The notes: a model not told the origin generated them from the letters alone. Positions 1 through 13,287 are shown, counted from the stretch's first letter. The stretch is DNA of 64,000 nt from Squalus acanthias (GCA_030390025.1 CM059432.1:109494001-109558000); one strand, 5' to 3'. Numbers and translations are program-made.

Positions 1-354
1 AGTGAAACAGCACTAACCTGACAGCTGCGATTGATGCCTTTAAATATCACACCTGGAGCCGCCATCCGCCTGCTTCACGCCTCCTCTTCCTGTCATTGTC
101 GGGGCGAGGCGCTAAGGCAGGGGGCAATAATCAATTTGGCTGATCGGGTGCTCAGTGAGCATTGCATGCTCACTGACGTCACGATCTGCCTGGCGCTAAG
201 GCCCAGGTGCTAACTGTTAGCGGCGGCGCGAAGGGGGTGACTGGATTTGATAGCGGCGCTGGATTCGCCTCGCCCTGGCGCTACTTCATTAGCGCCCCAT
301 TAGCGCCCCTGCCAGGTGATAAGGGGCGGCACTAACCAACCGAATTTCTCCCCC
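1..354. mobile_element. Right end of a Harbinger-type MITE (truncated by window start)
   Basis: Ends in GAATTTCTCCCC (342-354) and carries many TAGCGCC/GGCGCTA motifs like the subterminal regions of the Harbinger at 23009-27193. Confidence 0.6.
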
Positions 355-583
355 AGCATCTCTTAGCAAGTGATGCAGGGTCTCAGAACCTGAACCGACT
401 TTTAATGGATGGCAAAGTGAGTGTGCTGCTCCAGAGCACCTTCCCCAAGGGAGAGTGGTGCAGCATACCTGGGTTAACGCTGTGTACAGTACAGTACCTA
501 CAGGTCCTGAGACATTATGTGGGAGAAGAAGGTAGACTTTAAGACAGCTGCAAGGTATCGACTACCCAACAGGAGCAGTAGGT

Positions 584-712
584 TGTGACAAAGGGTCATC
601 GACCAGAAACGTTAACTCTGTTTCTCTCTCCATAGATGCTGCCTGACCTGCTGAGTGTTTCCAGCATTTTCTGTTTTTATTTCAGATTTCCAGCACCTAC
701 AGTATTTTGCTT
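584..712 (+). mobile_element. Penelope pLTR fragment with degenerate hammerhead
   Basis: GGTCATCGACCAGAAACGTTAACTC...GATGCTGCCTGACCTGCTGAG...GTATTTTGCT matches the pLTR at 54390-54521. Confidence 0.8.
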
Positions 713-740
713 GTATGTTGTGTACGTGTCTTGAGTCTCT

Positions 741-1484
741 GGTCGGAATTTTAAGTTTTTGACCCGCCTGGAGCGGGGGGGGCCCGGTAGGGTGTGGGAA
801 ACCTGGAAGTTTTAGCTCCACAGCGTGCATGTGATGTCACGGATAGGTTCCCCACCTGGATGTCAGCCTGATTGCCAGGCTTGGCTTCCAGTCAGGCAGG
901 GAACGCTGGAGAAGAGACCGCTTCCCCAGGTAGGTGTGAGCCCTGATCCCAGGGGGAAGGTCTGGTCCCTGACCCTGCGGGGGCGGGGGGGAGTCCAATC
1001 CCCGGGGAGGTTCATTCCCCAAGCCTGGGGGGAGGTCCGATCCCCGCAGGGCCCGATCCCTGGGGAGGTTTGATCCCTGAAGGAGTTTGATTCCTGACCT
1101 AGAGGGGTTGGGGGGTGGTGCTGATGATGGGGGAGCTTGGGGAGCTGGGGGGAAGCACTCCTGCTCTTCCCGGCCCACGAAGATTGCTCCCCAAGGCTGT
1201 CCTCGCCTCGCTGCAGCTGCCTGGAATCCCAAGGCCCGGGATCCCCGGCCAGCCGCAGTTAAACCTGGTCAGCAGGTTAAATCAGAGGCTTGCAGCCTCA
1301 TTATAATAGTTGAAGTGCCAACCCCCCTCCTGGGAGCGAATTGGCTGCCCGTCCACCGTCCCGCCTCCGTTAAACCTGGAAGTGGGCGGGTTGGAGGCAG
1401 GTTGGGGTCAGGATTCAAATTATTAATACTTTAACCTCCCACCCGACCCCAACCCACCCGTTTGTTGGGGTTAAAATTCCTCCC
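741..1484. mobile_element. MITE (Harbinger-like)
   Basis: Imperfect TIRs GGTCGGAATTTTAA / TTAAAATTCCTCCC, flanked by 3-bp TCT on both sides. Confidence 0.65.
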
Positions 1485-2347
1485 TCTGTGTTAGTCTGTC
1501 TCTCTGTATACTTGACTGTTCCTTGATTTTCAGTGTGTTTCTCTTGCACGCTCTCTCTCTCGTCTTTCGGTCTGTTTGTGTCTCTTGGTGTCCAGCTGTT
1601 TATGTTTGTCTCTTGTACTTTTCAGTGCATGTTTTGATATTTATTTTGTGTGCGTTTGGCTCTTGCTTTCTAGTTGTTTCTGTCTCTGTTTCTTTTTCTA
1701 ATGATATACAAGCATTGCCACACTCCCGATGACTCTCCTGAGGCCCTGTTCAATACTCAGTGCTAGTGGCCCCTGATGACATTTTGGAAATAGAGCACAG
1801 GGACCAGTGGCATGAGCAGGCATTTTGTCTTCTATCTCAACTCATTGAAGATATATTAGAGGAACTGCCAACTTGGGTTGCCTCAAGTTATATGGAAGGT
1901 GCAGAAGTGGAGTCCTGTGATGAATCCCTCTCCAATTATCCCGCTATCCCATGTAAAGGGCCGGCCCACGGTGTGGTTCCTCGGATAAGATAAGAAATCC
2001 AGCATCTTGCCATCCATAAAGTTCTTATTTTTCATTTTAAAAGTATTGACCAATTTAAATGTGTCTTAACAAATTGAACTCTATCAATATTGAGGATAAA
2101 ATTAATATACAATTAACCTTGGGATGATCTATCTATTTGAAGATGATCCAACAGTTTACATAGGCAATTTCTATTATAAATGTGGACATAAGAAGTTATA
2201 ATGACAATATAAAAATAAGGATAGAATGTATAACTTTCAAATGGAGACTGAATGATGTCTATGTGCCCTGGTCCAATTATTGATGCACCCACTGCACCTG
2301 AAGTCCACACTTGATCATAACTCCCTATGTTCAACACTACAGAAGAT

Positions 2348-4885
2348 CATAGAAACATAGAAAATAGGTGCAGGAGTAGACCATTCGGTCCTTCGAGCCT
2401 GCACCGCCATTCAATGCGTTCATGGCTGATCATGCTACCTCAGTACCCCATTCCTGCTTTCTCGCCATACACCTTGATCCCCCTAGTTGTGAGTATTATA
2501 TCTAACTCCCTTTTGAATATATTTAGCGAACTGGCCTCAACAACCTTCTGTGGAAGAGAATTCCACAGATTCACCACTCTCTTGGTGAAGAAGTTCCTCC
2601 TCATCTCAGTCTTAAATGGCTTCCCCTTTATCCTTAGACTGTGACCCCTGGTTTTAGTTTTCCCTAACATTGGAAACATTCTGCCCGCATCTAATTTGTC
2701 TAAACCAGTCAGGATTTTAAACGTCTCTATAAGATCCCCCCTCATTCTTCTGAACTCCAGAGGATACAAGTTCAGTTGATCCAGTCTTTCTTGATATGTC
2801 AATCTGGCCATCCCAGGAATCAATCTAGTGAACCTTCGTTGCACTCCCTCAATAGCAAGAATGTCCTTCCTCAAGTTAGGAGACCAAAACTGCACACAAT
2901 ACTCCAGGTGTGGCCTCACCAAGGCCCTGTACAACTGTAGCATCACCTCCCTACTCCTGTACTCCAATCCCCTTGCTATGAAGGCCATCATGCCATTTGC
3001 TTTCTTGACTGCCTGCTGCACTTGCCTTCCCACCTTCAGTGACTGATGTACCATGACGCCCAGGTCTCGTTGCACCTCCCCTTTCCCTAATCTGCCACCA
3101 TTCAGGTAATAGTCTGCCTCCCTATTTTTACCACCAAAGTGGATAACCTCACATTTATCCACATTGTACTTCATCTGCCATACATTTGCCCATTCACCCA
3201 ACCTGTCCAAGTCACTCTGTAGCGTCCTAGCATCCTCCTCATTGTTCACACTGCCTCCCAATTTAGTGTCATCCGCAAATTTGGAGATATTACAATTAAT
3301 CCCTTCATCCAAATCATTAATATATAATGTAAACAGCTGGGGCCCCAGCACCGAACCCTACGGTACCCCGCTGGTCACTGCCTGCCATTCTGAAAAGTAC
3401 CCATTTACTCCTACTCTTTGTTTCCTGTGTGCCAACCAGTTCTCAATCCACGTCAACACATTACCCCCAATCCCATGTGCTTTAACTTTGCACACCAATC
3501 TCTTGTGTGGGACCTTGTCGAAGGCCTTCTGAAAGTCCAAATACACCACATCTACTTTTTCCCCCCCGTCCACCCTATTGGAAACATCCTCAAAAAATTC
3601 CAGAAGATTTGTCAAGCATGATTTCCCTATCACAAATCCATGCTGACTTGGACCTATCATGTCGCCACTTTCCAAATGGTCTGTTATGACATCTTTAATA
3701 ATTGATTCCATCATTTTACCCACCACCGATGTCAGGCTGACCGGTCTATAATTACCTGCTTTCTCCCTCCCTCCTTTTTTAAAAAGAGGGGTTACATTAG
3801 CCACCCTCCACTCCTTCGGAACTGATCCAGAGTCTAAGGAATGTTGGAAAATGATCGTCAATGCATCCACTATTTCCAAGGCCACCTCCTTAAGTACTCT
3901 GGGCTGCAGACCATCAGGCCCTGGGGATTTATCAGCCTTCAGTCCCATCAATTTCCCCAACACCTTTTCCCGACTGATAAGGATTTCCCTCAGCTCCTCC
4001 CTCTTACCAGATCCTTTGATCTCTTTTATTTCCGGAAGGTTGTTTGTGTCCTCCACAGTAAACACCGAACCAAAGTACTTGTTCAATTGATCTGCCATTT
4101 CTTTGTTCCCCATTATGACTTCCCCTGTTTCTGACTGCAGGGGACCTACGTTTGTTTTTACATATTTATAGAAGCTTTTGCAGTCCGTTTTAATGTTCTC
4201 CGCAAGCTTCCTTTCATATTTTATTTTCCCTGCCCTAATCAAACCCTTCGTCCTCCTCTGCTGTGTTTTAAAGTTCTCCCAGTCCCCGGGTTTGCTGCTA
4301 CTTCTGGCCAATTTGTATGCCACTTCCTTGCTTTTAATACTATCCCTGATTTCCCTTATTAGCCATGGTTGAGCCACCTTCCCTTTTTTATTTTTACGCC
4401 AGACAGGGATGTACAATTGCTGTAGTTCATCCATGCGATCTCTAAATGTCTGCCATTGCCCTTCCACTGATAACCCCTTAAATATCGCTTGCCAATCTAA
4501 CCTCGCCAATTCACGCCTCATACCCTCAAAGTTGCCCTTATTTAAGTTCTGGACCATGGTCTCTGAATTAACTGTTTCCTTCTCCATCCTAATGTAGAAC
4601 TCCACCATACTATGGTCACTCTTCCCCAAGGGGCCTCGCACCACAAGATTGCTGATTAGTCCTTCCTCATTACACAACACCCAGTCCAGGATGGCCTCCC
4701 CTCTATTTGGTTCCTCAACATATTGGTTTAGCAAACCATCCCTTAAACACTCCAGGAAATCCTCCTCCACCGTATTGCTTCCAGTTTGAGTAGCCCAATC
4801 TATATGCATATTAAAGTCACCCATGATAACTGCTGCGCCTTTTTTGCATGCTCCTCTGATTTCCTGTTTCATACCCTCCCGATCG
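2348..4885 (-). mobile_element. 5'-truncated CR1 LINE; ORF2 (end of APE + RT) broken by one in-frame TAG in the GVPQG motif
   Basis: ORFs 3358-4893 and 2440-3351 are in one frame; MGDFN, KSPGPDG, YLDFQKAFD, FADD motifs; short-repeat 3' tail at 2348-2365. Confidence 0.95.
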
Positions 4886-5356
4886 ACTAGCATCCTATAT
4901 TTTCACATCTGAATAATCACACGTGTGATTGAAGTTCCACTTTGACTGAATTTGCCCATGTTGACATGATGAATCTTGAATGCCCGCTTGTCAAAACAGC
5001 CGATGTTATATTCTGTGGTTAAATGGGTGAACTGCAGCTGAAATTTAACATTCGTGCCCTGATTTCACAGCGGCACTGATCCAAGACCGTATTCCCGGCT
5101 CGGGTTGTGATTGTTGGTAAATTCTGTCCTGCAGCAAAGGTGCCACAACCACACACACTGTAGAAGATCATTCTAATCTCAGCAGAACTAACGTTAATCT
5201 GACTTTCTAAATATCTGACTATCTGAATGATCTTTTGAAAGGGTTTAAATAGCAAAGTCTAATAGTTCAGATAATGTACGTACACTGCTATGGCACAACC
5301 TTTTTAATCAAAAGTAAAACACTGCACTCCTTAGGGAACTTTCCTCAACAACTATT

Positions 5357-5940
5357 TCATAGAATCATAGCATCTTACTACACAGAAGGAGGCCATTCGG
5401 CCCATCGTGCCTGTACAAGACCTTTGAAAGAGCTATCCAGTTAGTCCCACTCCCCTGCTCTTTTCCCATAGACATGCAAATTTATCCTTTTCAAGTATAT
5501 ATATCCAATTCCCTTTTTAAAATTATTAGTGAATCTGCTTCCACCATCCTTTCAGGCAGTGCATTCTAGATCATAACAATTCGCTATAAAAATTTTCTTT
5601 CCTCATGTCACCTCTGGTTCTTTTGCTAATCAGCTTAAATCTGTGTCCTCTAGTTACCGACCCTCCTGCCAGTAGAAACAGCTTCTCCCTATCTACTTTA
5701 TTCATACCCTTCATAATTTTGAACACTTCTATTAAATCTCCCCTTATCCTTCTCTGCTGAAAGGAGAACAATCCCAGCTTCTCCTGTCTCTCTACGTAAC
5801 TGAAGTCTCACATCCCTGGTATCATTCTAGTAAACCTCCTCTGCACCCTTTGCAAGGCCTTGACATCCTTCCTAAAGTGTGGTGCTCAAAATTGGATACA
5901 ATACTCCAGCTGAGGCCTAACCAGTGATTTATAGAGGTTT
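5357..5940 (-). mobile_element. CR1 3' fragment
   Basis: RRIRGDLIEVFKI, LVRPQLEYC; CR1 3' UTR and tail. Confidence 0.85.
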
Positions 5941-6104
5941 TTAATATTATTTAGGTTCACAGTTATAATGCAAAGTGCAGATGATGAATTGATAGAAGGA
6001 CCACATTTTATAAAGAAATTGGAGGGGAAAAGCAATATTGATTGAACCTTAAACAGTCGGTACTGTACCATCAGCATCGCTAGCTGTGTATTAACTGTAC
6101 TTCA

Positions 6105-6135
6105 GTGCCACCTGCTGGCTTAAAGTGCAATGCAT
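6105..6135 (-). promoter_or_regulatory. CTCF-like binding site
   Basis: Minus strand GCCAGCAGGTGGCAC fits the CTCF core; ATGCATTGCAC 5 bp upstream resembles the U motif. Confidence 0.5.
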
Positions 6136-6464
6136 TTATAATCTGCAGCACAGAATTGGCTTCCACAAGTCAGGTTGCATCAGCGAGGACTTGTTACACA
6201 CGTACAAAGGTCAGCTCTTTGAAAAATGTCAGCGCTGCCTGCTATGTTTCGCAAGTAGAGCAGGGCAAGACCACTACAAGCTTTTCACTTGCTCATTTTT
6301 TTTACTTGATTGCAATTTTTTTTTTAAACTTTATTTCATAAAGAAACTCATTACCAATCCAAACAGAAAAAATAGTTCAATGTTAAACAATTGAGAGTCA
6401 AAGTGCTTTTTTCTCTTCAAATTAATTTAAAGAGAATGCTTGGTTTACTTCAGCCTGGGCCTAC

Positions 6465-7156
6465 CTGTACAGGGGTATGTAACCTCCTCCAACCCTCCGA
6501 GAACTCTGCTTTCCTCCAACTCTGGCCTCTTCTGCATCCACCACTTCCTTCGCTCCACCATTGGCGGCCGTGCCTTCAGCCATCTATGCCCTAAGCTCTG
6601 GAATTTCCTCCCTAAACCTCTCCACCTCTCTCTCCTCCTTTAAGACACTCCTTAAAGCCTACCTCTTTAACCAGCTTGTCCTAATGTCTCCTTCAAAATA
6701 TTAAGGGGAACAGATAGGGTAGATAAAGAGAAACTATTTCCGCTGATTGGAGAGTCTAGGACTAGGGAGCATAGTCTAAAAATTAGAGCCGGACCTTTCA
6801 GGAGTGAAATTAGGAAACACTTCTACATGCAAAGGGTGGTAGAAGTTTGGAACTCTCTTTACGCAGACGGCAATTGATGCAAGATCAATTGTTAATTTTA
6901 AATCTGAGATTGATAGATTTTTGTTAACTAAAGGTATTAAGGGAGATGGAGCAAAGGCAGGTATATAGAGTTAGATCACAGATCAGCCATGATCTCATTG
7001 AATGGCGGAACAGGCTCGAGGGGCTAAATGGCCTACTCTTGTTTCTCTGTTGCTATGTTCTTTGGCTCGGAGTCAGTTTTTGTCTGATTGCGCTCCTGTG
7101 AAATGCCTTGGGATGTTTTACTACGTTAAAGGTGGTATACAAACACAAGTTGTTGT
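6465..7156 (+). mobile_element. L2-type LINE 3' end interrupted by a CR1 3' fragment (~6695-7060)
   Basis: GGCGGCCGTGCCTTCAGC..CTCTGGAAT (GRAFS..LWN) and TTGTTG tail at ~7150; CR1 3' end embedded. Confidence 0.7.
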
Positions 7157-7349
7157 ATGGTGAGAGGGGAGCCTAGTGAGGGAGGGCTTCTATGGGCCTC
7201 CAGGAAGGGAATGTAAACTGGTGCTTCCCCAGTTCTAGGCAGAAGATATAAATCACACATTCTGACTGGTGCATGTCCCAAATGTTTGTGGTGGTGGGAG
7301 GGGATTTAGAGTTACCAACTTCACGGATTGTCCTGGAATCTCCCGTAAT

Positions 7350-8270
7350 TGGGATAAAAATAGATAAAGTGGATGTACTTAAAAGTTTGGCATCCTCAAA
7401 GTAGAAAAGTCACCCAGTCCAGATGGGATGCATCTGAGGTTACTGAGGAAAGTAAGGGTGGAAATTGCGGAGGCTCTGGGTCTGTTAAAGGCAAATCGTG
7501 GGTGTGACTAACCTGATCAAGTTATATGCATGTTCAAAAGGCATTTTGCAAAGTACCACAAAGACTTGTTGACAAAGACTTGTTAGCAAAATTACAGCCC
7601 ATGTGATTAAAGGGACAGTGGCAGCATGGATACAAAATTGGCTAAGGGACAGAAAGCAGAGAGTAGTGGTGAACAGTTGTTCTTCAGACTGGAGGGAAGC
7701 GTAGAGTAGTATTCCCTCGGGGTCAGCTTTAGGACCACTGGTCTTTTTGATATATATTAATGACCTGAATTTGGTTGTACCGGGCATAATTTCAAAGTTT
7801 GCAGATGATATGAAACTCGGAAATGTAGTAAACAGTGAGGAGTATAGTAACAGACTTTAAGAGGACGTGGACAGACTGGTAAAATAGGCAGACGCATGGA
7901 AGATGAAATTTAATGCAGAGAAGTGTGAAGCGATACAATTTGGTTGGAAGAATGAGGAGAGGCAATATAAACCACATGGTACAATTTTAAAGGGGTTGCA
8001 GGAACAGAGAGACCTGGGGGTGTGCGCACACAAATCTTTGAAGGTGGCAGGACAAGTTGAGAAGGCTGTTAAAAAGAATATGGGATCCTTGGCTTCATTA
8101 ATAGAGGAATAGAGTAAAAAAGCAAGGAAGTTATGCTAAACCTTTATAAAACACTGGTTAGGCCTCAGCTAAAGTATCGTGTTCAATTCTGGGCACCACA
8201 CTTTAGGAAGGATGTCAAGGCCCTGGAGAGGGTGCAGAAGAAATTTACTAGAATGGTACCAGGGATGTGG
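7350..8270 (+). mobile_element. Degenerate CR1 ORF2 fragment
   Basis: MKFNAEKCE, QRDLGV, LVRPQL, ALERVQKKFTRM; many stops. Confidence 0.85.
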
Positions 8271-8284
8271 ATCATCAGTTATTT

Positions 8285-8513
8285 TTTTCATTCATGGGAT
8301 GTGGACGTCGCTGGCAAGGCCAGAATTTATTACCCATCCATAATTGCCCTTGAGAAGATGGTGGTGAGCCACCTTCTTGAACCGCTGCAGTCCAGGTGGT
8401 GAAAGTGCTCCCTCAGTGCTGTTAGGTAAAGAGTTCCAGGATTTTGATCCAGCAACGATGAAGGAACAACAATATATTTCCAAGTCAGGATGGTGTGTGA
8501 CTTGGAGGGGAAC
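8285..8513 (-). mobile_element. 3' end of CR1/L2-clade LINE split by the provirus (continues at 21078)
   Basis: GSKSWNSLP; sequence GGGGAAC|TTGGAGGTGG joins across the provirus. Confidence 0.8.
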
Positions 8514-10174
8514 TGTAAGGGGTGACACGCCTGTGGCTCTGTGCTTAGCCTGGGTGCTAGTGCGAGGTTAGGCCTTGTTGCCTGTTCTGGTCTCCAGCCA
8601 GCCTGGTAGCACTAGACACCTGTGAGTGGTTCGACCCACTCGCCCTTACGGTTCTGACACTGGACTTAGGTGCGAGAGCAATAATGAAGAGAAAACTCAG
8701 GTAGACCCGGTTGAATAGTGCGAAATGGAAAATCTTTATTGCATATTATTCGAGATTACGAAATACATGTCATAAGCACAGATTAATGACAGTACAATCT
8801 TACACGCAGTTATGTAGCTAATTTTAGGGAAACGAGGAGCGCACGACACATCGAAAAAGGGGGCACACATTACAATTATCCTTAAAACGTAAACCCTCCC
8901 CTATCAATACCTGTCCTAAACTAGATTTGTAGGATCGAGACTCATGCTCACCACTCGTGATAACTCGGAGAATTCCGAAACTCTGCTCGGATGTTTTTAC
9001 CACAGCACCTGACCACCCACGTGTTGATCAGGGGTCTCTGTACCCCACTTGTTTACTCGTTTCTGCTCCGGCTAGCAGGCTGGACCGTCTGCTGTCATGA
9101 AGATCTGTGTTGTCCTCGGAGTTCCGACACGACTCGAAAAATAGTCTTCCTGTGCCCTCGCACCGATGCGATAAAACTCGAAGAATGGTCTTCCTGTGCC
9201 CTCACGCCAGTTTGTAAAACTCAAAGAATAGTCTTCCTGGGCAAGGAAAGTGTTTATTCGACCTACAGGCGCGGTCGGGGCTTACTGACCGTGGCGATAC
9301 GTATGGTCGTCTTCTTCTCTTCTCATCTCATCTCATCTCATCTCATCTCATCTCATCTCATCTCGGGCCTTCGGTTCCAACACCGTTTACCGACTTCTCG
9401 GGATGGTGTGCCCTTTCAAGGCTTCACAGCCCAGTTCTACACAGATCTTCGCGGCAAGCCACGAGGTTGATCCTGGCAGATCAGAAAGTTCAAAAGTCTT
9501 CTAGCAAGTCGAGCAGCAAGAGTCAGGATCCAAGAGTCAAGAGAGAGATGGACGGTTGTACCTTACAGTTATAGTGCTGTAATTCCTCTTTTCCCGCCCA
9601 TTCTTAATGTCTTTTCTTTTGTCAGGGTTTTGGTGCTCAAACTTCTTGTATAGGGTGATCTCCGTTTAATGGGTTTCGGTGATACTTGTAACTGTCTGAG
9701 TACCCGTTAATACTTCTCCCATTGTGGAACCGGTCAGTTTTCTCCCTGGAGGGGTTTTGGGGCGTCCAAATGTTTTTGTAACTACCCGCAAACGGCTCTC
9801 TCATCGTAGAGTCGTGGGGATTTTGCATATTAATGTCTTTGGATGGGTTCTTGATCGCTCGGTACAATAGCCCTTATTCGCACCTGGGAGACCGATTCCA
9901 GTATTTATGTGTAAAATGCAAACCCATTATGTCTTGTGAATTATCTCAAATGTGCTGAGTCTTGTCCGATCTCGCACAAATGTTTATTGGAACGCCATCT
10001 TGTCTGCTTATCGAAAAGTCTAGAACATTCTGCCACGAGGCGTGGCGGCCATTTTACAGGCTGCTTGTGTCCACTTTGAAAACCTGACAGCATTCTGTTG
10101 AAATAAAGCTGTTTGTACGAAACTATATGTCTCCTCCTTATTTATAAAATCGCGATAATTTTGCGAACTCTACA
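8514..10174 (-). repeat. 3' LTR (1661 bp)
   Basis: TG...CA termini; AATAAA (minus) at 8735-8740; (TCTCA)8; near-identical to 19427-21077. Confidence 0.97.
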
Positions 10175-10187
10175 GTCCCTCCTGTTG
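10175..10187 (-). promoter_or_regulatory. Polypurine tract
   Basis: Minus AACAGGAGGGAC immediately precedes the TG of the 3' LTR. Confidence 0.8.
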
Positions 10188-10628
10188 ATGCGAATAATTC
10201 CACTTATCGTATCAAAAATATTGTGGTGAGCAATATTATCTCGATTCTCCACATCTATAAATTCCCGTAACTTAAAACTATCTAGGGTCTTTGTGTCGTC
10301 CTTATTTCCCAGGAAAAACTACATTCTTATAACACCGCAGGCAGCATTTGCCTTTAACTTACACCACTTGTTTCTCCTTCCAGGTGTAACCAGGCCGATG
10401 CCTCTCGCACCACCTGCATATGCATATTTTTTTTTATTCAAGGAAAAAGAAAACCAAAAACAAAACCAAACAATCATATTCAACAACAACACCATCACCA
10501 AAATAATCAAAACCAACTCTTAAACATGTAGAGTTCCAAACGTAATTACAGTTTCTGAGAAAAATCACGATCGATTACAACACTTCCGAGGCGCACGTGG
10601 CAAATGGGAGTGACGCCATTTTGTCTGA

Positions 10629-13006
10629 TTACACGGTGCTTTCATCGTGCACGCGCACGTAACGTTCTCGCCACTCTCCCGTGTTTTCGTTCTTGGTGAG
10701 GCGTTTGCCTCTCTTACAATGCACGACCAATAAGTATACCACAATAAACACTTGGCATACAACTAAAATGTGGGAAGCTATCCTAATCCAGGAAGGCACT
10801 TCAATGTTGGTGAACAGATTCCACCACGGTGGAATTACTATGTCCAGAATTTCTGTCCCTATCTCGACAGTCTTTTGTTCTAGGGTGTAAAAATGTTTTT
10901 GCGATACCGCGACGGCTTTCAAAAGCTTGGTGAGGTGTTCAGGGAGAGGGGGAATGAGGTATCCGAAATGCGCGACGAATCGCTGCAGGTCGGTGAAGTT
11001 CTCTTTTACGGTAAGATGAACCGTGGATGGTTCAGGGATTGGAACAATTCGCTGTTGTGCTACTTGAACTTCCGCCCTGGGTTTGAAACAGAAACTGCTG
11101 TCACTCACCGGACACCGGCTACGGTTTCCATGCTGGTAGTGTTGCGCTGCAGTGGTAGCACAATATGTTCCACCCCCGATGTATGCTACCTGCGGAGGCA
11201 CATGATCTTGTGCCATTGCCTCCATGGTGCAATTCATGGGCTTGGCGCCAGCCGTTCTGAACCCGCACTGTGGTGTTAAAAAGGCATTCAAGTGCTGGGG
11301 ACACAGTATTATGTGTGCTCCGGGGACATAGTATTATGTGTGCTCCCCGGCCACGACAACCAGAGAGATCTGTACCTGTCATCGTTTGCTCCCAGCGGAT
11401 GACGTAAGGTGGAACCGCTGCATAGCGAATGTGGGCTCCCCCCTGAATGACACCAATGTTCTCTACTCGGTACACCGGGGCGGGCTTTGTTGTGTCGCCC
11501 AAAACCGGCATACGTAATACTATACCCATGATAGTATGGTTTGATCGTCCGCAGTCCACGGGGACTGGGTATGCTTCTGAAGCTAGTCTGAGCTGGCACG
11601 GGTTTAATGCGTTCTGAAAAGGGTGGAGCGCCCGCAGGTGTTTGTTACTTATCCAGGACGGGACCAAACCTTGTTTTAAATCCTCCAAATTACTGCGGCC
11701 CTCGCCCAGTAACCACGCCCCGTAAAGCACGCACACCTCATTCTGCGCAGCCTGATCAGACGCATTCCGATCTTCCCTAATCAGGGCATTTACCGTACGC
11801 GCGTGTTTCTCCAACTCAGCTATTATTTCTTTTAAATGGAGAGTCATGGCCTGGTCCTCGTGTAACCCAGACCCGACCACCTTATTTTCATCTGAGAGAA
11901 TGCTTTTTAATTGCGTTTTTAAGCCATTAATCTGGGTCTGCAGCTCCACACTGTCTAGAGCGTTGACCACAGATGTACCTGTGTTGAAAGCAGTGAACAC
12001 GTCGTTCACAACACCCCTTCTTTGCCTCCCCACCTGATCCAAAACTTCATGTGGTGCGGTGTACAAACTTGTTTTATCAATTTCCGCGAAATCGAACTCA
12101 TAAAATTGTCTGAACATCTTGGTCAACAGGACCTGATATAACTGTTCCGTCTTTTTGGGGCACCACTCTGGTAACCGCACCTCGGTGAGATTTAAAATCA
12201 CCGAGGCCACCGCGTAATGTACCCCCTGAAATAGTATCTGGTCTGTGGGGACCAGTACCAAACCATTCCCGGGTCCCTTACTGGTTTTAGGGCACCCTTC
12301 TTCCTTAGCTAGAACCACCGGAATCGTGGGCGGGGCTTTGCGTGGGCGCGTAATGAGTTCAGTGGCATTTACCGGGATCGGGGAGTATGGGGCTCCGCAC
12401 CCCCTGGTGCTCGCATCCCACCTCATCCCCTGTCCGTTATCCTGCCATTGATTGATGAAAAATATGGAGATGCCTTTGGGGCAAACGTGCTTTGACCCCC
12501 ACATACATACATAAATTCCCTCATCCGGTTCCCACCATTTGTCCCAACAGACTCTCACTTGTCCGTTTGTCCCCGTAATTGTCCGATGGGTATTATTACC
12601 CAGTCGCTCCCACTCGACCGAAGAGTTCCTCATGTTTTTGCTCAGCTTTCGTAGCCACCACCATCGGCTCAATGGGACATTCCCATTACAAGTCAAACAA
12701 ATTCGTTTGCCGACGGTGACACTGACTCTGGGTGCGATGATCCTCACTTTGGGGCACATTAAAGAAGTCTCTTGGTAGGCAAAACCCCGATGTACTGGAA
12801 TACTCAGTTGAATTCGTTCCCAGCCATCCTGGCCACCTTCCCTTGTGGAAATAGGTGGTGGTCTCCTCAGCCTCTCGCCTTCCGGTCCCATCCACCGCGA
12901 TGGGGGCCGTGTCCCCGGAGCATCCAAACACCACGACATCCTTGGTGTGGCCTCGATAGGCCAATCCACATCCGATTGCCGCGAGCAATACTAGAATTCG
13001 TTCCAT
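10629..13006 (-). pseudogene. env: Envelope/fusion glycoprotein, two frameshifts
   Basis: Signal peptide MERILVLLAAIGCGLA (ATG 13006); Ig-like segment; furin RQRR (12016-12027) then GVVNDVFTAFNTGTSVV; heptads; Cys-rich region; TM IASHILVVCQVFIVVYLLVV; pieces in ORFs 12686-13123, 11119-12969, 10629-11291. Confidence 0.85.
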
Positions 13007-13287
13007 CCTTCCTTGGTTCCTGTGATCAGATAGAATGAGGTAGCCAGCCTCGCAAGAGTCTCTGGCTTTTGTGAAGGGTGAGCGGGTCCCCTGACCTCGC
13101 CTCACGTAAGAAGACATGTGCACTGGATAGACTTTAACTATTCCTATCTCTAAAAAACTCCCATCATTTTACCTCTTTCTGTTAAACAAAATTAAACTAC
13201 CGACTTAACCTGATTTAAAACTATAAATTTATAAACTCATCCTAAACTTATCACTGTACAGCGCCGCCCTTTCCCAGGGCGGCCTAC

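Noticed and set aside
1760..2337. Short ORFs as host exons
   Set aside because: No recognisable domain or convincing splice pair; cannot be excluded without a search
8991..9867. ORFs inside the LTRs (also 19904-20770) as accessory genes
   Set aside because: Non-ATG or antisense, frame differs between the two LTRs because of the microsatellite, no recognisable motif
10319..10516. Hydrophobic 65-aa ORF after env
   Set aside because: Explained by GT-rich low-complexity 3' UTR
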